Shown here: piece after piece, positions 1 through 12,421 of the stretch
How the letters are laid out: each line of letters begins with the position of its first letter
How positions within the stretch are numbered: position 1 is the stretch's first letter
Source: Auanema rhodensis
Taxonomy: Eukaryota > Animalia > Nematoda
Direction of reading: 5' to 3'
Assembly (NCBI GenBank): GCA_964057225.1
Contig: OZ059897.1
Location: 18,042,001-18,106,000 of the forward strand
DNA: 64,000 bases
The notes under the pieces: generated by a model
What the model saw: only the letters and a program-made list of their open reading frames with translations
What the model was told of the DNA's origin: nothing
Database searches by the model: none
Position numbers and translations under genes: made by a program

Positions 1-3000
1 GATATCTCGGTGCATTTTTAAGCTAGCGCAAATCTGATAACACAGATCGACGCAGCTTAAAAATCCGGATCGAATGCACTATACTACATTGAGAAACGCT
101 TAATACAAAAATTAGTTATGATCGTTTGAAAAATGATGCATTAGTGTATGTTGAGTTTCCATGTACACTCAACATTGCTTCCAAAAACATTTTGACAAAA
201 ATTTTTTCGAAAAATTTCAAAATAATTTAGCAAAAAGTAGATGCTTTTAGATTCCATTTTTCAAGGCAAAGACGATGGACAATGTTATTCAACGAAAAAA
301 TTAATTCTTCAGGGTGAAAATTGAGGATATAAGTGTGAACTTATATCAGTTGATATCTCGGTGCATTTTTAAGCTAGCGCAAATCTGATAACACAGATCG
401 ACGCAGCTTAAAAATCCGCATCGAATGCACTATACTACATTGAGAAACGCTTAATACAAAAATTAGTTATAATCGTTTGAAAAATGATGCATTAGTGTAT
501 GTTGAGTTTCCATGTACACTCAACATTGCTTCCAAAAACGTTTTGACAAAAATTTTTTCGAAAAATTTCAAAATAGTTTAGCAAAAAGTAGATGTTTTTA
601 GATTCCATTTTTCAAGGCAAAGACGATGGACAATGTTATTCAACGAAAAAATTAATTCTTCAGGGTGAAAATTGAGGATATAAGTGTGAACTTATATCAG
701 TTGATATCTCGGTGCATTTTTAAGCTAGCGCAAATCTGATAACACAGATCGACGCAGCTTAAAAATCCGCATCGAATGCACTATACTACATCGAGAAACG
801 CTTAATACAAAAATTAGTTATAATCGTTTGAAAAATGATGCATTAGTGTATGTTGAGTTTCCATGTACACTCAACATTGCTTCCAAAAACATTTTGACAA
901 AAATTTTTTCGAAAAATTTCAAAATAGTTTAGCAAAAAGTAGATGTTTTTAGATTCCATTTTTCAAGGCAAAGACGATGGACAATGTTATTCAACGAAAA
1001 AATTAATTCTTCAGGGTGAAAATTGAGGATATAAGTGCGAACTTATATCAGTTGATATCTCGGTGCATTTTTAAGCTAGCGCAAATCTGATAACACAGAT
1101 CGACGCAGCTTAAAAATCCGCATCGAATGCACTATACTACATTGAGAAACACTTGATACAAAAATTAGTTATAATCGTTTGAAAAATGATGCATTAGTGT
1201 ATGTTGAGTTTCCAAGTACACTCAACATTGCTTCCAAAAACATTTTGACAAAAATTTTTTCGAAAAATTTCAAAATAATTTAGCAAAAAGTAGATGTTTT
1301 TAGATTCCATTTTTTAAGGCGAAGACGATGGACAATGTTATTCAACGAAAAAATTAATTCTTCAGGGTGAAAATCGAGGATATAAGTGTGAACTTATATC
1401 AGTTGATATCTCGGTGCATTTTTAAGCTAGCGCAAATCTGATAACACAGATCGACGCAGCTTAAAAATCCGCATCGAATGCACTATACTACATCGAGAAA
1501 CGCTTAATACAAAAATTAGTTATAATCGTTTGAAAAATGATGCATTAGTGTATGTTGAGTTTCCATGTACACTCAACATTGCTTCCAAAAACATTTTGAC
1601 AAAAATTTTTTCGAAAAATTTCAAAATAATTTAGCAAAAAGTAGATGTTTTTAGATTCCATTTTTCAAGGCAAAGACGATGGACAATGTTATTCAACGAA
1701 AAAATTAATTCTTCAGGGTGAAAATCGAGGATATAAGTGTGAACTTATATCAGTTGATATCTCGGTGCATTTTTAAGCTAGCGCAAATCTGATAACACAG
1801 ATCGACGCAGCTTAAAAATCCGGATCGAATGCACTATACTACATTGAGAAACGCTTAATACAAAAATTAGTTATGATCGTTTGAAAAATGATGCATTAGT
1901 GTATGTTGAGTTTCCATGTACACTCAACATTGCTTCCAAAAACATTTTGACAAAAATTTTTTCGAAAAATTTCAAAATAATTTAGCAAAAAGTAGATGCT
2001 TTTAGATTCCATTTTTCAAGGCAAAGACGATGGACAATGTTATTCAACGAAAAAATTAATTCTTCAGGGTGAAAATTGAGGATATAAGTGTGAACTTATA
2101 TCAGTTGATATCTCGGTGCATTTTTAAGCTAGCGCAAATCTGATAACACAGATCGACGCAGCTTAAAAATCCGCATCGAATGCACTATACTACATTGAGA
2201 AACGCTTAATACAAAAATTAGTTATAATCGTTTGAAAAATGATGCATTAGTGTATGTTGAGTTTCCATGTACACTCAACATTGCTTCCAAAAACGTTTTG
2301 ACAAAAATTTTTTCGAAAAATTTCAAAATAGTTTAGCAAAAAGTAGATGTGTTTAGATTCCATTTTTCAAGGCAAAGACGATGGACAATGTTATTCAACG
2401 AAAAAATTAATTCTTCAGGGTGAAAATTGAGGATATAAGTGTGAACTTATATCAGTTGATATCTCGGTGCATTTTTAAGCTAGCGCAAATCTGATAACAC
2501 AGATCGACGCAGCTTAAAAATCCGCATCGAATGCACTATACTACATCGAGAAACGCTTAATACAAAAATTAGTTATAATCGTTTGAAAAATGATGCATTA
2601 GTGTATGTTGAGTTTCCATGTACACTCAACATTGCTTCCAAAAACATTTTGACAAAAATTTTTTCGAAAAATTTCAAAATAATTTAGCAAAAAGTAGATG
2701 TTTTTAGATTCCATTTTTCAAGGCAAAGACGATGGACAATGTTATTCAACGAAAAAATTAATTCTTCAGGGTGAAAATCGAGGATATAAGTGTGAACTTA
2801 TATCAGTTGATATCTCGGTGCATTTTTAAGCTAGCGCAAATCTGATAACACAGATCGACGCAGCTTAAAAATCCGCATCGAATGCACTATACTACATTGA
2901 GAAACGCTTAATACAAAAATTAGTTATAATCGTTTGAAAAATGATGCATTAGTGTATGTTGAGTTTCCATGTACACTCAACATTGCTTCCAAAAACATTT

Positions 3001-6000
3001 TGACAAAAATTTTTTCGAAAAATTTCAAAATAATTTAGCAAAAAGTAGATGCTTTTAGATTCCATTTTTCAAGGCAAAGACGATGGACAATGTTATTCAA
3101 CGAAAAAATTAATTCTTCAGGGTGAAAATTGAGGATATAAGTGTGAACTTATATCAGTTGATATCTCGGTGCATTTTTAAGCTAGCGCAAATCTGATAAC
3201 ACAGATCGACGCAGCTTAAAAATCCGCATCGAATGCACTATACTACATTGAGAAACGCTTAATACAAAAATTAGTTATAATCGTTTGAAAAATGATGCAT
3301 TAGTGTATGTTGAGTTTCCATGTACACTCAACATTGCTTCCAAAAACATTTTGACAAAAATTTTTTCGAAAAATTTCAAAATAGTTTAGCAAAAAGTAGA
3401 TGTTTTTAGATTCCATTTTTCAAGGCAAAGACGATGGACAATGTTATTCAACGAAAAAATTAATTCTTCAGGGTGAAAATTGAGGATATAAGTGCGAACT
3501 TATATCAGTTGATATCTCGGTGCATTTTTAAGCTAGCGCAAATCTGATAACACAGATCGACGCAGCTTAAAAATCCGCATCGAATGCACTATACTACATT
3601 GAGAAACACTTGATACAAAAATTAGTTATGATCGTTTGAAAAATGATGCATTAGTGTATGTTGAGTTTCCAAGTACACTCAACATTGCTTCCAAAAACAT
3701 TTTGACAAAAATTTTTTCGAAAAATTTCAAAATAATTTAGCAAAAAGTAGATGTTTTTAGATTCCATTTTTCAAGGCGAAGACGATGGACAATGTTATTC
3801 AACGAAAAAATTAATTCTTCAGGGTGAAAATCGAGGATATAAGTGTGAACTTATATCAGTTGATATCTCGGTGCATTTTTAAGCTAGCGCAAATCTGATA
3901 ACACAGATCGACGCAGCTTAAAAATCCGCATCGAATGCACTATACTACATCGAGAAACGCTTAATACAAAAATTAGTTATAATCGTTTGAAAAATGATGC
4001 ATTAGTGTATGTTGAGTTTCCATGTACACTCAACATTGCTTCCAAAAACATTTTGACAAAAATTTTTTCGAAAAATTTCAAAATAATTTAGCAAAAAGTA
4101 GATGTTTTTAGATTCCATTTTTCAAGGCAAAGACGATGGACAATGTTATTCAACGAAAAAATTAATTCTTCAGGGTGAAAATCGAGGATATAAGTGTGAA
4201 CTTATATCAGTTGATATCTCGGTGCATTTTTAAGCTAGCGCAAATCTGATAACACAGATCGACGCAGCTTAAAAATCCGGATCGAATGCACTATACTACA
4301 TTGAGAAACGCTTAATACAAAAATTAGTTATGATCGTTTGAAAAATGATGCATTAGTGTATGTTGAGTTTCCATGTACACTCAACATTGCTTCCAAAAAC
4401 ATTTTGACAAAAATTTTTTCGAAAAATTTCAAAATAATTTAGCAAAAAGTAGATGCTTTTAGATTCCATTTTTCAAGGCAAAGACGATGGACAATGTTAT
4501 TCAACGAAAAAATTAATTCTTCAGGGTGAAAATTGAGGATATAAGTGTGAACTTATATCAGTTGATATCTCGGTGCATTTTTAAGCTAGCGCAAATCTGA
4601 TAACACAGATCGACGCAGCTTAAAAATCCGCATCGAATGCACTATACTACATTGAGAAACGCTTAATACAAAAATTAGTTATAATCGTTTGAAAAATGAT
4701 GCATTAGTGTATGTTGAGTTTCCATGTACACTCAACATTGCTTCCAAAAACGTTTTGACAAAAATTTTTTCGAAAAATTTCAAAATAGTTTAGCAAAAAG
4801 TAGATGTTTTTAGATTCCATTTTTCAAGGCAAAGACGATGGACAATGTTATTCAACGAAAAAATTAATTCTTCAGGGTGAAAATTGAGGATATAAGTGTG
4901 AACTTATATCAGTTGATATCTCGGTGCATTTTTAAGCTAGCGCAAATCTGATAACACAGATCGACGCAGCTTAAAAATCCGCATCGAATGCACTATACTA
5001 CATCGAGAAACGCTTAATACAAAAATTAGTTATAATCGTTTGAAAAATGATGCATTAGTGTATGTTGAGTTTCCATGTACACTCAACATTGCTTCCAAAA
5101 ACATTTTGACAAAAATTTTTTCGAAAAATTTCAAAATAATTTAGCAAAAAGTAGATGTTTTTAGATTCCATTTTTCAAGGCAAAGACGATGGACAATGTT
5201 ATTCAACGAAAAAATTAATTCTTCAGGGTGAAAATCGAGGATATAAGTGTGAACTTATATCAGTTGATATCTCGGTGCATTTTTAAGCTAGCGCAAATCT
5301 GATAACACAGATCGACGCAGCTTAAAAATCCGCATCGAATGCACTATACTACATTGAGAAACGCTTAATACAAAAATTAGTTATAATCGTTTGAAAAATG
5401 ATGCATTAGTGTATGTTGAGTTTCCATGTACACTCAACATTGCTTCCAAAAACATTTTGACAAAAATTTTTTCGAAAAATTTCAAAATAATTTAGCAAAA
5501 AGTAGATGCTTTTAGATTCCATTTTTCAAGGCAAAGACGATGGACAATGTTATTCAACGAAAAAATTAATTCTTCAGGGTGAAAATTGAGGATATAAGTG
5601 TGAACTTATATCAGTTGATATCTCGGTGCATTTTTAAGCTAGCGCAAATCTGATAACACAGATCGACGCAGCTTAAAAATCCGCATCGAATGCACTATAC
5701 TACATTGAGAAACGCTTAATACAAAAATTAGTTATAATCGTTTGAAAAATGATGCATTAGTGTATGTTGAGTTTCCATGTACACTCAACATTGCTTCCAA
5801 AAACATTTTGACAAAAATTTTTTCGAAAAATTTCAAAATAATTTAGCAAAAAGTAGATGTTTTTAGATTCCATTTTTCAAGGCAAAGACGATGGACAATG
5901 TTATTCAACGAAAAAATTAATTCTTCAGGGTGAAAATCGAGGATATAAGTGTGAACTTATATCAGTTGATATCTCGGTGCATTTTTAAGCTAGCGCAAAT

Positions 6001-6119
6001 CTGATAACACAGATCGACGCAGCTTAAAAATCCGCATCGAATGCACTATACTACATTGAGAAACGCTTAATACAAAAATTAGTTATAATCGTTTGAAAAA
6101 TGATGCATTAGTGTATGTT
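1..6119. repeat. 351-bp tandem satellite array, block 1 (about 17 monomers)
   Basis: GATATCTCGG recurs at 1, 352, 703 and onward; monomers differ by a few substitutions; the array runs off the window start. Confidence 0.99.
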
Positions 6120-6316
6120 AGTAGAGAGCCATGCCGAATTTACTAACCACGCCCCCAAACAGTTGCTAAAAACATACTTTTGAGGGCGTCAGCTGCTAAA
6201 AACATACTTTTGGGGGCGTCAGCTGTCAAAATCATATTTTCGGCGTCAGCTGTCAAAAATATACTTTTCCTCCCGAGGCAGGCTCTCGAGCCTGCGCATG
6301 GATCAAAATGCATGAT
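6120..6316 (+). repeat. Left TIR of Maverick A (portion matching the right end), with about 30-bp subrepeats
   Basis: Reverse complement of 19159-19328 apart from one extra 27-bp subrepeat and several substitutions; contains palindrome GCAGGCTC-TC-GAGCCTGC at 6278-6295. Confidence 0.93.
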
Positions 6317-6660
6317 TTTTTTTTTTTAAAAGCTTTTTTAAAATTATTTTTTAATGTATTATTTTAAATGAACTTTTATTATTTATATATTTGTTAATTG
6401 TATTTGTAAATATTTTTAAACTTATTTCTTTTTAAATGTATTTTTAATATTTATATATGTTTTAAATATTATTATTTAATTATTTCTTTTTAAATATATT
6501 TTTAAACTTATTTCTTTTTAAATGTATTTGATATTAATATATTTTTTAATTGTATCTTTAAAACTGAATAAATTATTTCTCATATATATTGTTTTTTTTA
6601 TTTATTTAAATAAATTTAAAAGGTAATCAATACGTTCACTGTACCTCTTATGGGTTAATC

Positions 6661-6753
6661 AATGGAACTCATATCGAAGGTTAATTCGATAAGAAGTAAT
6701 AAATATTTAAACTAAATTTAATGAAACACATATCGAAGGTTAATTCGATAAGA
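6661..6753. repeat. Two subterminal hairpin repeats (TATCGAA-GGTTAA-TTCGATA)
   Basis: Two copies about 59 bp apart; the same motif occurs three times in each TIR of Maverick B. Confidence 0.85.
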
Positions 6754-7640
6754 TCGTTAAAACAGGTGCACTACACATGTACCACATGGCAAAAGTTGTG
6801 TTCATAAAAATATGATAAATAGCTGTACACCACATGTACCCATAACGCTAAAGAATACTTACTATGCCAAGGGGTCATGAGTATATACGAATATTTTCAA
6901 ACTTTTTAGCATCAAAAATGTTACTTTAAAGTAATTGTTGTTGTAGCCCTAATAGTTTATAAATGTTCTGATAGCTAATGTATTTCATAACTATGTTCAA
7001 GAATAGAATAAATGTTTCGTAATATATTTATTGAACAATAAATTTTCATTTAAAATTAGAACATGTGTTAACATTTTGTAAGAGTTTCTTTTTTACAAAG
7101 TGTCTGGAAATGTTGTACTTGTAATCGGATGTGTACAAGTCTGTTTTTCGCAACAATCCTGCGTTTCCTCAGAAGGATCCAACATTTTGAATTAGTGTTT
7201 CCTAAACTATAAAAAAAAGAGTGTACCACAGCTGTTATAATAAGAATATGAATACAATATTAAACGATCCTATTGTAATCTTCCACAATTTTGGATGACA
7301 GTTGTTATTGTATAGGGACTTGTCACAAATGAGTTGAATTATTGTTAAATATTTGTATTTACGAAATCGAATGATGTAACAAGTAATTAATAAGCGGATA
7401 GTTTACAGGTTGTTAATCCGGCAACTGTTGGCGCAATCGGTGTATTTTAGCGCATTTGGCAGCTGTTTGCGCAACAAACTGCTAATTAATGTATAAATGC
7501 ATATATTTGTTGTAATATATAACAAATAGAAAAGCCGCATACAGCAGTCAACTGTTTTGTGAAAGAGGCGGAGTGGGTATAGCTTTACAACAAAGTTTGT
7601 ATAAAAGGTGGCAAAATTTTTTAGACCGAAATTTGCATTT

Positions 7641-7760
7641 CAGCTCCGCCAACAAGTCGACTCTACGATCCAGCTCTGTCAACAAGTCTACTCTCCGATC
7701 CAGCTCCGCCACCAAGTCTTCTCGCCGATCCACCTCTGCCAACAAGCCGACGATCTGATC
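7641..7760. repeat. 30-bp minisatellite, 4 diverged copies
   Basis: CAGCTCCGCCAACAAGTCGACTCTACGATC-like units at 7641, 7671, 7701, 7731. Confidence 0.9.
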
Positions 7761-7862
7761 CAACGTCAACAGACTGCTGCTAGGAATTTCCTCTACTCTA
7801 CTTGGACCCTAGACGTAAAAGTTCGTTGTTGTTTAGGAAAAGCCTCCAATTGGGCTACAAAC

Positions 7863-8456
7863 ATGAAGCGTTCCGCTCTTGTTGATGTAGAGAATATTGT
7901 ACCTTCGACACCGGAACCGGATGTTCCAAGACCACCCACACCAGGACCCAACTTTGCTGCCACATTCTTTGGTAAGGTTTTATTTTTGTTATCAATTATT
8001 TTTTGTTTAGACACACCAAAAAAGCAGGTACAAATCTCAAAGGATAGCTCTCCACAACAGCCTGTAGTTATGAGACCAATATGTCTCTGCAAAACTTGTA
8101 GGGATACATTGCAAGTCGTAGACGAGTACCACTGTTTCAGCCTCTGTGTCAAGTGTAGAGCGAGGAATGATGCCTTAGGGCTTTTAAAAGTTTTCCGTCA
8201 TTATAAACCTGAAAATTCAACAATCAATGTGAGATTATAAAATAATTAATTCTAATTATTATTTTTTCTTTTACAGATGCGTTCCTATTCTAGCATGTCA
8301 TCAAAACAATTGTTGAATAATATGGGTTACATTGCCATTTATACTGATGAGTCAACTGTCAAGTCTTTTGGTTATAAGCAGAATGTGTTCTACTTTAAAT
8401 TAAGTCAACAGGCGCTCAACTTGAATATGCTTATCCGTTTTGATCCATCGTTTTGA
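7863..8456 (+). CDS. Predicted spliced Maverick accessory protein (Pro-rich N-terminus, CxxC...CxxC putative zinc-binding)
   Basis: ATG 7863; predicted GT-AG introns 7972-8010 and 8229-8276 keep frame to TGA 8456; CKTC and CVKC motifs; overlaps track ORF 7608-8240. Confidence 0.6.
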
Positions 8457-8752
8457 CTACAACAAGCACAAACTGTTTAATGGACAGTTGGTTGATTTTG
8501 TTATGTTATATTTAAATTTTCTTAGCCGTAACATTTTTTTTCCAGCTCTTGAAGTTTGAAATTATCCATCAACAGCCGACTCTCAAACCAACTGGTAAGC
8601 ATTGAAAATTTAAATATTAATCAGTTTATAATTATAGGTTATATCATTGTCTTGGCTTTTATGTTTTGCTGGTTTTTTATTGTTACAATATGAACGATTG
8701 ATCAAATAAATCATTTATTATTAATACAATTGTTTACAACAACAGTGAAAAA

Positions 8753-9859
8753 TTATACATTTAAATTTTCTGCATCTATCCATTCATTAAAGTTGTCGGG
8801 GTAGCCACTCCATTTTACAAATACTTGGCGTTTACCATTTCGTGTACGCTCTTTCAAAACTTTCTCAATATAGTACTGGTTGCTTTTATTAGTAGCCAAC
8901 ACAAGTTCAGGCTCATAGAATATTCCCTTTATACGTTCACCATTATAATCTACAAGTTTATACACGGTTGGGTTCCCGGCTACAATCTCATCAATTGTGA
9001 ATAGTTCCATTGTATATCCAGACTCGTAACTTTTTTCAAAAGTACGCCTGTTCTTGCTTATGCGAACATTATCACCAATTTTGAATCGGTTGCGAACAGC
9101 TGGTGCATATTCTTCAACGAATATATTTGCTGTAACATCTACGGGGCGCATTTTAATCGACCGATTATAAGATTTGTTTATTCCTTCGACCAAGTCATCT
9201 AGTATATCAATCCATCGATGATTATTCTTGTAATAGAGATATTTCATCATGCGCGTTTTTAAAGTTCTATTTGCTCGCTCCACCATTGCCGCCTTTTGTG
9301 GTGAACTTGTTGATCCATGCAGTATGGCAAATTTTTTGAATAGTTTTTCACAATGACTATTATAAAACTCTGCACCGTTATCCGTTATTAGTTGGATTGG
9401 TATAAAATCCTTGAATACATTTTCAAATGCAGTAGCAACCTCTAAACCACCTTTAGTTTTCAAAGGCCTAACATATAACATGCGTGTATAAACATCAATC
9501 ATGGTCAACATGTAAGCATAGCCGTCATTTGATTTTTTATATTTTTGCATATCAACCAAATCTGCTTGCATTGTTAGGAATCGACCACAGCCTCTAGTCT
9601 TTTTAGTCTGCATATGCAGTCTGGTTGGTTTATGACGTGTAAAAGTTTCAGAGTCTTGCAAAAAACTTTCAACTTGTGCTTTTGCGATGCCATGCTTTCG
9701 CGCTTCCAATAATAGATTTTTGGCAGACGTATAAGAAGCTGGATGCTTAATATTATAATAAATGTTCTCCAAAACATTACTTCCATAATCTAATGTAGAA
9801 TCGTTTACGGCCTTTGCCATTCTGTGTTTCTCCCGCCTGAGGTGTGTAATATGATTCAC
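8753..9859 (-). CDS. int: Maverick retroviral-like (rve) DDE integrase with C-terminal chromodomain
   Basis: QADLVD, ITDNGAEF and VERANRTLK catalytic motifs; C-terminal YYIEKVL...VKWSGYPDNFNEW chromodomain; true start may be the second Met (about 9820). Confidence 0.96.
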   Translation of the reverse strand: MNHITHLRREKHRMAKAVNDSTLDYGSNVLENIYYNIKHPASYTSAKNLLLEARKHGIAKAQVESFLQDSETFTRHKPTRLHMQTKKTRGCGRFLTMQADLVDMQKYKKSNDGYAYMLTMIDVYTRMLYVRPLKTKGGLEVATAFENVFKDFIPIQLITDNGAEFYNSHCEKLFKKFAILHGSTSSPQKAAMVERANRTLKTRMMKYLYYKNNHRWIDILDDLVEGINKSYNRSIKMRPVDVTANIFVEEYAPAVRNRFKIGDNVRISKNRRTFEKSYESGYTMELFTIDEIVAGNPTVYKLVDYNGERIKGIFYEPELVLATNKSNQYYIEKVLKERTRNGKRQVFVKWSGYPDNFNEWIDAENLNV

Positions 9860-10514
9860 CAGTGTCAGCGGGTTTTGCCTTTTTATTTATAGCTTTGGAT
9901 TTGAATGTACGACGCGGAGAGGGTGAATATCGAACAACAGCCTTACGATGACGTGGTGTTCTAGGTAAGATATTAATAGTAGCATCCAAGTCTGTGACAG
10001 CCGATGTGGATGTAGGCACGGGATCAACTGAATCCTTGTTACTGACGGCAGGCTCTACATTTTTTGCCTTCTTGTTAGGGCTAGAGACCCCATTACTGGC
10101 TAAGAATTTGGCTAATACTGAGAATCCATTGGGTTCCGTCTTTGTTTTATCCAGTACAAAATCCAAAATTTTTGTAATATTTGTGTTTGGTACGGGCTCA
10201 TTATTAATCACAAGTTGGTTATTTTTGTTTGTACGCACCTCTGGAAATCTTTCCCACAGATCGTTGTACTTTCGTGGCAGCTTGTATTCTGGCAATAATG
10301 GTGGATCAGCATTTTCCACTTGTACTGATATAGGCGCATCTATGCTTTCTCTATAGTTTTTGAGACGGGTAATCAAGTCTTCGTATAGTTCAGCCTTTTT
10401 ATAATCGGGTATAGATTTATTCTCTCGTAAGAGCTTCAATTCAGCATCAAACTTGTCTATATTCAGCGTTTCATCATCAACAGGGATTAGACGATATTTA
10501 TGATTGAGTTTCAT
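9777..10514 (-). CDS. Maverick hypothetical protein (245 aa, basic C-terminus)
   Basis: Long ORF tightly packed between the 102-aa gene and the integrase; position and N-terminal helical pattern resemble the uncharacterised gene upstream of Polinton integrases. Confidence 0.75.
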   Translation of the reverse strand: MKLNHKYRLIPVDDETLNIDKFDAELKLLRENKSIPDYKKAELYEDLITRLKNYRESIDAPISVQVENADPPLLPEYKLPRKYNDLWERFPEVRTNKNNQLVINNEPVPNTNITKILDFVLDKTKTEPNGFSVLAKFLASNGVSSPNKKAKNVEPAVSNKDSVDPVPTSTSAVTDLDATINILPRTPRHRKAVVRYSPSPRRTFKSKAINKKAKPADTGESYYTPQAGETQNGKGRKRFYIRLWK

Positions 10515-10819
10515 CTTTTAAAACCAAAATAAGCAATTCCGCATGAAACTATTGTTTTCAATTGTTTGTGTGAAATCGTTGCCAATAAAGTTTTAGCCTT
10601 TTCGGGTGTGCGTATCAAAGCTATTTGACGTAATAATGAGGATATGGGCAAAAGGGTTTTATATTCCTTGTTAGTTAAGAGAAAATTATTATTTTTCACA
10701 ATATTAAATACAATTTCAACAATAATTTCAATTTGTGAAAAAGAAAATGAGGAAACAGAACAAGGGGTTTTGGTACAAGAAGATAAAAAGTTGTAATTTG
10801 ACAAAATACGACCACTCAT
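10511..10819 (-). CDS. Small Maverick hypothetical protein (102 aa)
   Basis: ATG ORF with ATGA stop/start overlap with the next gene; directly follows the ATPase. Confidence 0.7.
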   Translation of the reverse strand: MSGRILSNYNFLSSCTKTPCSVSSFSFSQIEIIVEIVFNIVKNNNFLLTNKEYKTLLPISSLLRQIALIRTPEKAKTLLATISHKQLKTIVSCGIAYFGFKR

Positions 10820-10831
10820 TGAACATGCACA

Positions 10832-11512
10832 TTAAACACTGAATATATTTCTGGCTACATAAACAATAGGGTGCTCCGCTGTTATATCTGATAGTATACG
10901 CTGTTTCTCATTTGTTAAAGGATGGTTGTCAATGAGTAAATGATTATAGGGTGTAGACATTGCATCATCATATGCTTCTAGAGCATTTTTAAAGCGGGGG
11001 CCAAATAATTGTTGCAGACAATTACGTATTTGTAATATATCCGAATGACTTTTCATCAGTATTATATATGTACTATTAATTCGACTGGTCCTGTCTAGCT
11101 GAAATGCAGCTTGCACAAGATTAAACACTGCCAAATTCCAGTGATGTGCCCACACTGTAAAAATGTTGTTGAGTAATTCTTTAGCCGCTTTATTCGATGA
11201 GAAAAAATTCATCAAATCATCCAGCACTAGTATGGTGTTTACTCCCTTTTGCTCTTTTATTATATCCGGATCAGGTGGTCCTTGAATAACTATTAAACGC
11301 TCATCATTTAATGGAACACCTGACGATGCTCCACATTGACTGAACCAGAATATTCTATCAATGGGGACGTTGAAAAACTTTTCAGTATTTTCACATATAC
11401 GTTTTATAAGGGTAGTTTTACCACATTGCGTTGCCCCTATTACAGTTGTCTGACTGGGTAGTTTGAAGCTGAAAACCATAATCAACCACTCGTAAATGTA
11501 CCTATAATGCAA
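10832..11512 (-). CDS. A32/FtsK-like DNA packaging ATPase
   Basis: Walker A GATQCGKTT, Walker B ILVLDD, then HHWNLAVFNLVQ and RINSTYIILMK; true ATG probably slightly downstream of the track start. Confidence 0.95.
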   Translation of the reverse strand: MHYRYIYEWLIMVFSFKLPSQTTVIGATQCGKTTLIKRICENTEKFFNVPIDRIFWFSQCGASSGVPLNDERLIVIQGPPDPDIIKEQKGVNTILVLDDLMNFFSSNKAAKELLNNIFTVWAHHWNLAVFNLVQAAFQLDRTSRINSTYIILMKSHSDILQIRNCLQQLFGPRFKNALEAYDDAMSTPYNHLLIDNHPLTNEKQRILSDITAEHPIVYVARNIFSV

Positions 11513-11558
11513 ATGATTTCATTTATACTAGTGTGCACGCATCAGGTGGTGGTCTCTG

Positions 11559-12416
11559 ATGGATGACTTTTACATTACTTTGCCGTCATCAGTTGACTCT
11601 GAAAAAAGTAATACCTCATCAGTGTTTCTTACCAGGTTACCTGAAACATTAAGGCTACGCAATAACAGATATTGCATTGGGCTGACAGACATAATCTTTC
11701 CGTGTTCGATATTAAATGTACAAGAAAATCTTTCTTATACACTACGTTTTTCCAACAGAAAGTTTATTCTGCACTTGCCCAAAGGTAACTATGCAAATGG
11801 TGATGAAATAATACGCGGAATCAATGCTGGAAAAGAACAATTTATTGCTAGCAGCACTAAACCTCTTGGAGCTGAGGAAGAAGCACGTATAAAGGGTTTG
11901 ATAGATAAAGATGAAGATGTGAAAAAGTGGTATAATAATCGACAAGCTGAGGCTAAACTTGTCAAGGAAATGCTGGCAGACGCCACGTTTCGATTTAACA
12001 AAACACTACAACGCATAGAGTTTGTAACAAGTAAGCGGCTATTATTGAATGCAACACTCGGTGATGCTCTCGCATATTTTCTTGGCTTTGAGAATAAAAT
12101 TATCAACGACACGTTAATAGCCAGGCGCCCCATTGATTTTTCAAATAACATTAATACAATGTATATATATTGTGATATTGTAGAATATTCCATTCTCGGT
12201 AATGTGAAAGCTAATTTACTTGCATGTTTACCTGTACCACCTCCCACCGAATTTGGTAAAATGATTGCCAAAACATTTAATCCTATTCGTTATGTACCAA
12301 TCACTAAGCAAACACTCGATACTATACGTATTGAAATTTTAGATGAATTTGGCCGCCCTATGCAATTTAATTATGGTTCTACAGTTGTTACATTACATGT
12401 TAAAAATGTGAAATAA
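11559..12416 (+). CDS. Minor capsid protein (penton-like single jelly roll)
   Basis: N-terminal FYITLPS...LPETLRL and C-terminal YIYCDIVE...IRIEILDEFGRP...VTLH pattern typical of Polinton minor capsid proteins. Confidence 0.88.
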   Translation: MDDFYITLPSSVDSEKSNTSSVFLTRLPETLRLRNNRYCIGLTDIIFPCSILNVQENLSYTLRFSNRKFILHLPKGNYANGDEIIRGINAGKEQFIASSTKPLGAEEEARIKGLIDKDEDVKKWYNNRQAEAKLVKEMLADATFRFNKTLQRIEFVTSKRLLLNATLGDALAYFLGFENKIINDTLIARRPIDFSNNINTMYIYCDIVEYSILGNVKANLLACLPVPPPTEFGKMIAKTFNPIRYVPITKQTLDTIRIEILDEFGRPMQFNYGSTVVTLHVKNVK

Positions 12417-12421
12417 ATGTT

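Noticed and set aside
1-6119. Satellite as CRISPR array, 5S rDNA or SL RNA cluster
   Set aside because: No unique spacers and no cas genes; no recognisable 5S rRNA or SL1 leader sequence in the monomer
7548-7769. Repetitive 73-aa coiled-coil-like ORF
   Set aside because: Product of the 30-bp minisatellite, which is open in several frames; no evidence favours this one
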